This document shows, piece by piece, positions 41,673 to 44,370 of a DNA stretch of 44,370 bases. A program made the translations under genes and the position numbers. Source of the DNA: a virus (taxonomy: Duplodnaviria > Caudoviricetes); the IMG/VR virus record IMGVR_UViG_3300044667_000030, positions 1-44,370 of that record; one strand, written 5' to 3'. The number at the start of each line of letters is the position of its first letter. The stretch's first letter is position 1. The notes under the pieces are model-generated. The model was not told where the DNA came from, searched no databases, and saw only the letters and a list, made by a program, of their open reading frames with translations.

Positions 41673-42716
41673 CTTTGCGTGGCGCTCAAGCTTCAGAATA
41701 GCGGCGTCAGCCAAGGCCCTCGTGCGGGCCATATAAGCGTCCAGGATTCGTTGCGCGTGGGCGAGGCTGTGTCCGGTCACCGCTGCGATTTCAGGCACCG
41801 TACAGCCCGCCTCTGCCAGCATGGTGACCGCCGTACCGCGGAGGTCGTGAAAGTGCAGGTCGGTGATGCCGGCCGCCTCAGATGCTTCCTGCCAGCACTC
41901 CGCGAAATATCGCTTCTGCCACGCCCGGCCAGTAGGGGTGGTCAGGATCAACGGCCCCTTCTTCTCTAGGGCCATGCCGTCCAGCATCCGCTTGAGCGCC
42001 GCGGTGCAGCGTATCGAAACTTCTACCTTGGTCTTGTTCTGGCGCAGCGTAATGCGCTCGCCGTCATAGGCTGACCACGGCAACCGGCGCAGGTCACCTT
42101 GCCGCTGGCCGGTGTGCATCGCCAGCATGAGCGCCTGGCACATCTCGGTCGGTGCCGCCTTCGTAAAGGCATCCACATGTTCGGGCAGCCAGATCTTGTC
42201 GGATCGATCGGCGTGATAGACGCGCTCGATATTCGATAGCGGATTGGCGCCGATCTTGCCGCCGTCGCGGGCGCAATCCAGAACGCAGGCGAGGGCGCTC
42301 ACCAGATTGTCCGCCTCCCGCTTGGCCCGCTTGGCGATCTCATCCCGCCATTCGATCACGTCGCGCCGGAATCCAGGCTGCATCGTCAGGGTAACCGGGA
42401 CCGCTCCCCACTTCCGCTCAATGATCTTGAACTTGCGGACGTACTCGTTGCGGGTGGTCTCCTCGTAGCCGTCGAATTTCTTGGCTTCGAATTTCCTGAT
42501 CCAGGCGAAGATCGTGTCCCCGCCGCGGTCGCGCATCGACTTCTCGGCGGCGGCGTAGCTTTCAAGAAATTCAGGCGTGCCCGGCAGCCCCTTGATCTGG
42601 ACGCCGGTCTTGCGGTGGTAGCGGTAAACAACAGAGGAGCCGTCCGCGCGCTTGCGGGTGACGGTGTTAATTCCCCTGAGCCGCAGCCTCACTTGCTTTC
42701 CACGCCTCGTATTCAT
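41652..42716 (-). CDS. int: Tyrosine integrase
   Basis: HTGQRQGDL (R), KT (K), FHDLRG (HxxR), VTGH, DAY (Y); start 42716 or GTG 42692. Confidence 0.95.
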   Translation of the reverse strand: MNTRRGKQVRLRLRGINTVTRKRADGSSVVYRYHRKTGVQIKGLPGTPEFLESYAAAEKSMRDRGGDTIFAWIRKFEAKKFDGYEETTRNEYVRKFKIIERKWGAVPVTLTMQPGFRRDVIEWRDEIAKRAKREADNLVSALACVLDCARDGGKIGANPLSNIERVYHADRSDKIWLPEHVDAFTKAAPTEMCQALMLAMHTGQRQGDLRRLPWSAYDGERITLRQNKTKVEVSIRCTAALKRMLDGMALEKKGPLILTTPTGRAWQKRYFAECWQEASEAAGITDLHFHDLRGTAVTMLAEAGCTVPEIAAVTGHSLAHAQRILDAYMARTRALADAAILKLERHAKRLQKRS

Positions 42717-42918
42717 CGACTCCGCCTTGGATGGTAGTGACGAGCCCGGAAGCCCGGTCAAGGGAGGCGTCCAGCGCCTTGCGGTCCCAGCGGTGGGTTC
42801 CGGGGATTGGTCCACAGATAATTCCGCGCCTGACCCAGTCGTTGAACGCGGAAACGGTCTCGCAGCGGCAGTAGGCTGCGGCTTCCTCTCGGGTCATGTT
42901 GCGGGGTTCGATCTTCAT
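42667..42918 (-). CDS. xis: Excisionase-like HTH protein
   Basis: MTREEAAAYC...F.DWVRRG...RWDRKALD; overlaps int start. Confidence 0.8.
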   Translation of the reverse strand: MKIEPRNMTREEAAAYCRCETVSAFNDWVRRGIICGPIPGTHRWDRKALDASLDRASGLVTTIQGGVDEYEAWKASEAAAQGN

Positions 42919-42938
42919 CGTTCCAGCTATGGTTTATC

Positions 42939-43136
42939 TCAGGATTCCGGTGGCTTCTCTTGCCCTAAAAGCTCCTTGTGCCAGATAGGAAGCATCTCGG
43001 AGATGGGCCGCAGGCCGGCAAGTTTGTACGGCAGGTCCGGCATCCTCGATAATGATTCCAAGTAGCAATACATGTGCCGGCCGATGTTTTGCACGCGGTC
43101 GAACTCTTTCACTGCGTCTCGCAAGTTCTCAATCAT
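42939..43136 (-). CDS. Hypothetical protein
   Basis: 65 aa with GAGG upstream. Confidence 0.5.
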   Translation of the reverse strand: MIENLRDAVKEFDRVQNIGRHMYCYLESLSRMPDLPYKLAGLRPISEMLPIWHKELLGQEKPPES

Positions 43137-43174
43137 TTCGATTGATCCTCGTCCAAAATCTTCGTCACTCCGAA

Positions 43175-43402
43175 TTATCGCAGCACGGTTAGAGCTGCAC
43201 GCCTGGCATCTCTCAGCGAGTGGGAGTGACCCTCGCCGTAGCTCCCAGAACCAAAGATATAAAGCTGCTCCCCGTCATTGTTCGTGAGAGTCGTTGGCCG
43301 GGGCTTGTGGCTCCGGTAAGGGCGTCGAGCACACCATGACCATCCTCCGCCATGGTCCTGCCAGAACATCATCTTGCCGCCGTAGGCTTGAACGGTCTTC
43401 AT
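43175..43402 (-). CDS. Hypothetical protein
   Basis: 75-aa ORF abutting upstream gene. Confidence 0.55.
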   Translation of the reverse strand: MKTVQAYGGKMMFWQDHGGGWSWCARRPYRSHKPRPTTLTNNDGEQLYIFGSGSYGEGHSHSLRDARRAALTVLR

Positions 43403-43776
43403 TTTAAATCCTGTGTTTGCCCATCAGCGCATAGGGCCTTAGCGATTATCGCGCGAAGCCTCTCTATCGACGGAGAGACGTGCCCGGCCCATTCGCGCGC
43501 AAGTTCGTCGCTCTGAATTTCGCGCTCAAAGTCGTCAAGGCGGTCCAGCAGAAACTTGCCTTCGTGTGCCATGTCCGGCGCGGCAACCAACAGGCGGGCG
43601 TTTGCAGTCTGGATTTTCTCGGCCTCGTCGAACGGAAGGCCAAGCGCACCGTGACCCTTGCCGGTCAGATAGCCCCATCCGCGAACGTCAGCGACCGGCA
43701 TAGGTCCGCGCTCAACGTTGCGGGCGATGATCCGCAAGCCGTGGTCGATTTCCCAAGGGCCTTTTGTGTGTTCCAT
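43399..43776 (-). CDS. Hypothetical phage protein (HTKGPW...ANARLLVAAPDM family)
   Basis: Paralog of 6152-6523. Confidence 0.7.
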   Translation of the reverse strand: MEHTKGPWEIDHGLRIIARNVERGPMPVADVRGWGYLTGKGHGALGLPFDEAEKIQTANARLLVAAPDMAHEGKFLLDRLDDFEREIQSDELAREWAGHVSPSIERLRAIIAKALCADGQTQDLK

Positions 43777-43796
43777 GGTTCAGCTTTCGCTTATCT

Positions 43797-44060
43797 CTAG
43801 GCCGCTTTCGCCGCTGGCATGACCCAAACCTGCACGGGCAATGGCACCGATTGCAGCGCATCAAAGTAAACGCGCCCGCGCTCGGTTAGCTGATACATAT
43901 TCGAGATGGCGGCGTTCGGCTGGCGATGCTCGATCAGCTTCGCGTCGTCGCGCAGCCAATCTATGCCCTCGCGCACCGCCGGCGCGCTGAAATCTCCATC
44001 GCGGTAGTCGTCGCCGCGTGTGGCGTAGTGCATCAGGATTTCAATCAACAGCGGGGTCAT
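43797..44060 (-). CDS. Winged-helix-like hypothetical protein
   Basis: LIE...YQLTERG wing motif; GGAGG upstream. Confidence 0.6.
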   Translation of the reverse strand: MTPLLIEILMHYATRGDDYRDGDFSAPAVREGIDWLRDDAKLIEHRQPNAAISNMYQLTERGRVYFDALQSVPLPVQVWVMPAAKAA

Positions 44061-44087
44061 CGCGTCGTTCCTCCGTCAACACACTGC

Positions 44088-44249
44088 TCAAAGCTGCACG
44101 ACGTCCCAGTTCTCTGGGTGCCTGTAATTTCCAGTCGCCCACTCGCAAGCCTGTTCTCTGGTCTCGAATGGCCTTAGAACCAGAATGCCAGCCTGCCGGA
44201 TTGCGTAACGTCCACGATTTTTCGCCCTGAACCTTTCCACTCTGGTCAT
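44088..44249 (-). CDS. Hypothetical protein (53 aa)
   Basis: MTRVERFRAK...; intact only in the end copy of the terminal repeat. Confidence 0.55.
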   Translation of the reverse strand: MTRVERFRAKNRGRYAIRQAGILVLRPFETREQACEWATGNYRHPENWDVVQL

Positions 44250-44370
44250 ATTCTTCTCTCCGGTATCTTCCCCAGTTTCATCATTTCCTTGGCATGCTGT
44301 CGGCAATAACCCTCTTGGACGATTGAGCGTCTTGAACATTGGCGCTTAGAGAGCAGTCTCTTGCCAGGAG
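44208..44370. repeat. Terminal direct repeat, copy 2
   Basis: 163-nt near-identical copy of 1-162. Confidence 0.95.

Larger units (their letters stand above)
1..44370. mobile_element. Complete temperate podovirus-like phage genome (excised/circular form)
   Basis: Terminal overlap, intact attP beside integrase, full head/tail/lysis/replication/immunity modules, no host genes. Confidence 0.93.

Noticed and set aside
1-44370. CRISPR array, DGR/retron or reverse transcriptase
   Set aside because: No regularly spaced repeats, no RT motifs and no TR/VR pair seen by eye

Overview
The window is an apparently complete, circularly assembled temperate phage genome of about 44.2 kb; positions 1-162 repeat at 44208-44370 with two differences. 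It has podovirus-type morphogenesis genes: a P22-like terminase, portal, N4-gp56-type major capsid, tail tubular/nozzle proteins, three ejection proteins and no tape measure. The host is probably an alphaproteobacterium (Hyphomicrobiales-like; inferred from gene content and the tRNA-Pro att core). The leftward early arm carries Sak/Rad52 annealase, SSB-like protein, HNH nuclease, DNA methyltransferase, many small ORFs, xis and int. Next come a lambda-like repressor/Cro switch with five readable 17-bp operators, then a replication arm (DnaA-C-domain protein, RusA, initiator with internal iterons) and a late operon. The late operon is followed by a lysis region and an intact attP (3' half of tRNA-Pro(GGG)). 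The most striking feature is a 6.5-kb cassette between terS and terL. It couples Thr/Ser/Gly-rich structural-type proteins to five glycan-building or glycan-tailoring enzymes: two GT-A glycosyltransferases, a Maf/GT42-like protein, an FkbM methyltransferase and a PIG-L deacetylase. This is a candidate self-contained virion glycosylation system. A separate counter-oriented moron next to the tail fibre genes encodes an N-formyltransferase. Several leaderless promoters, structured non-coding RNA candidates and an att-split operon are also visible. All functional calls come from motif recognition by eye; no database search was run.
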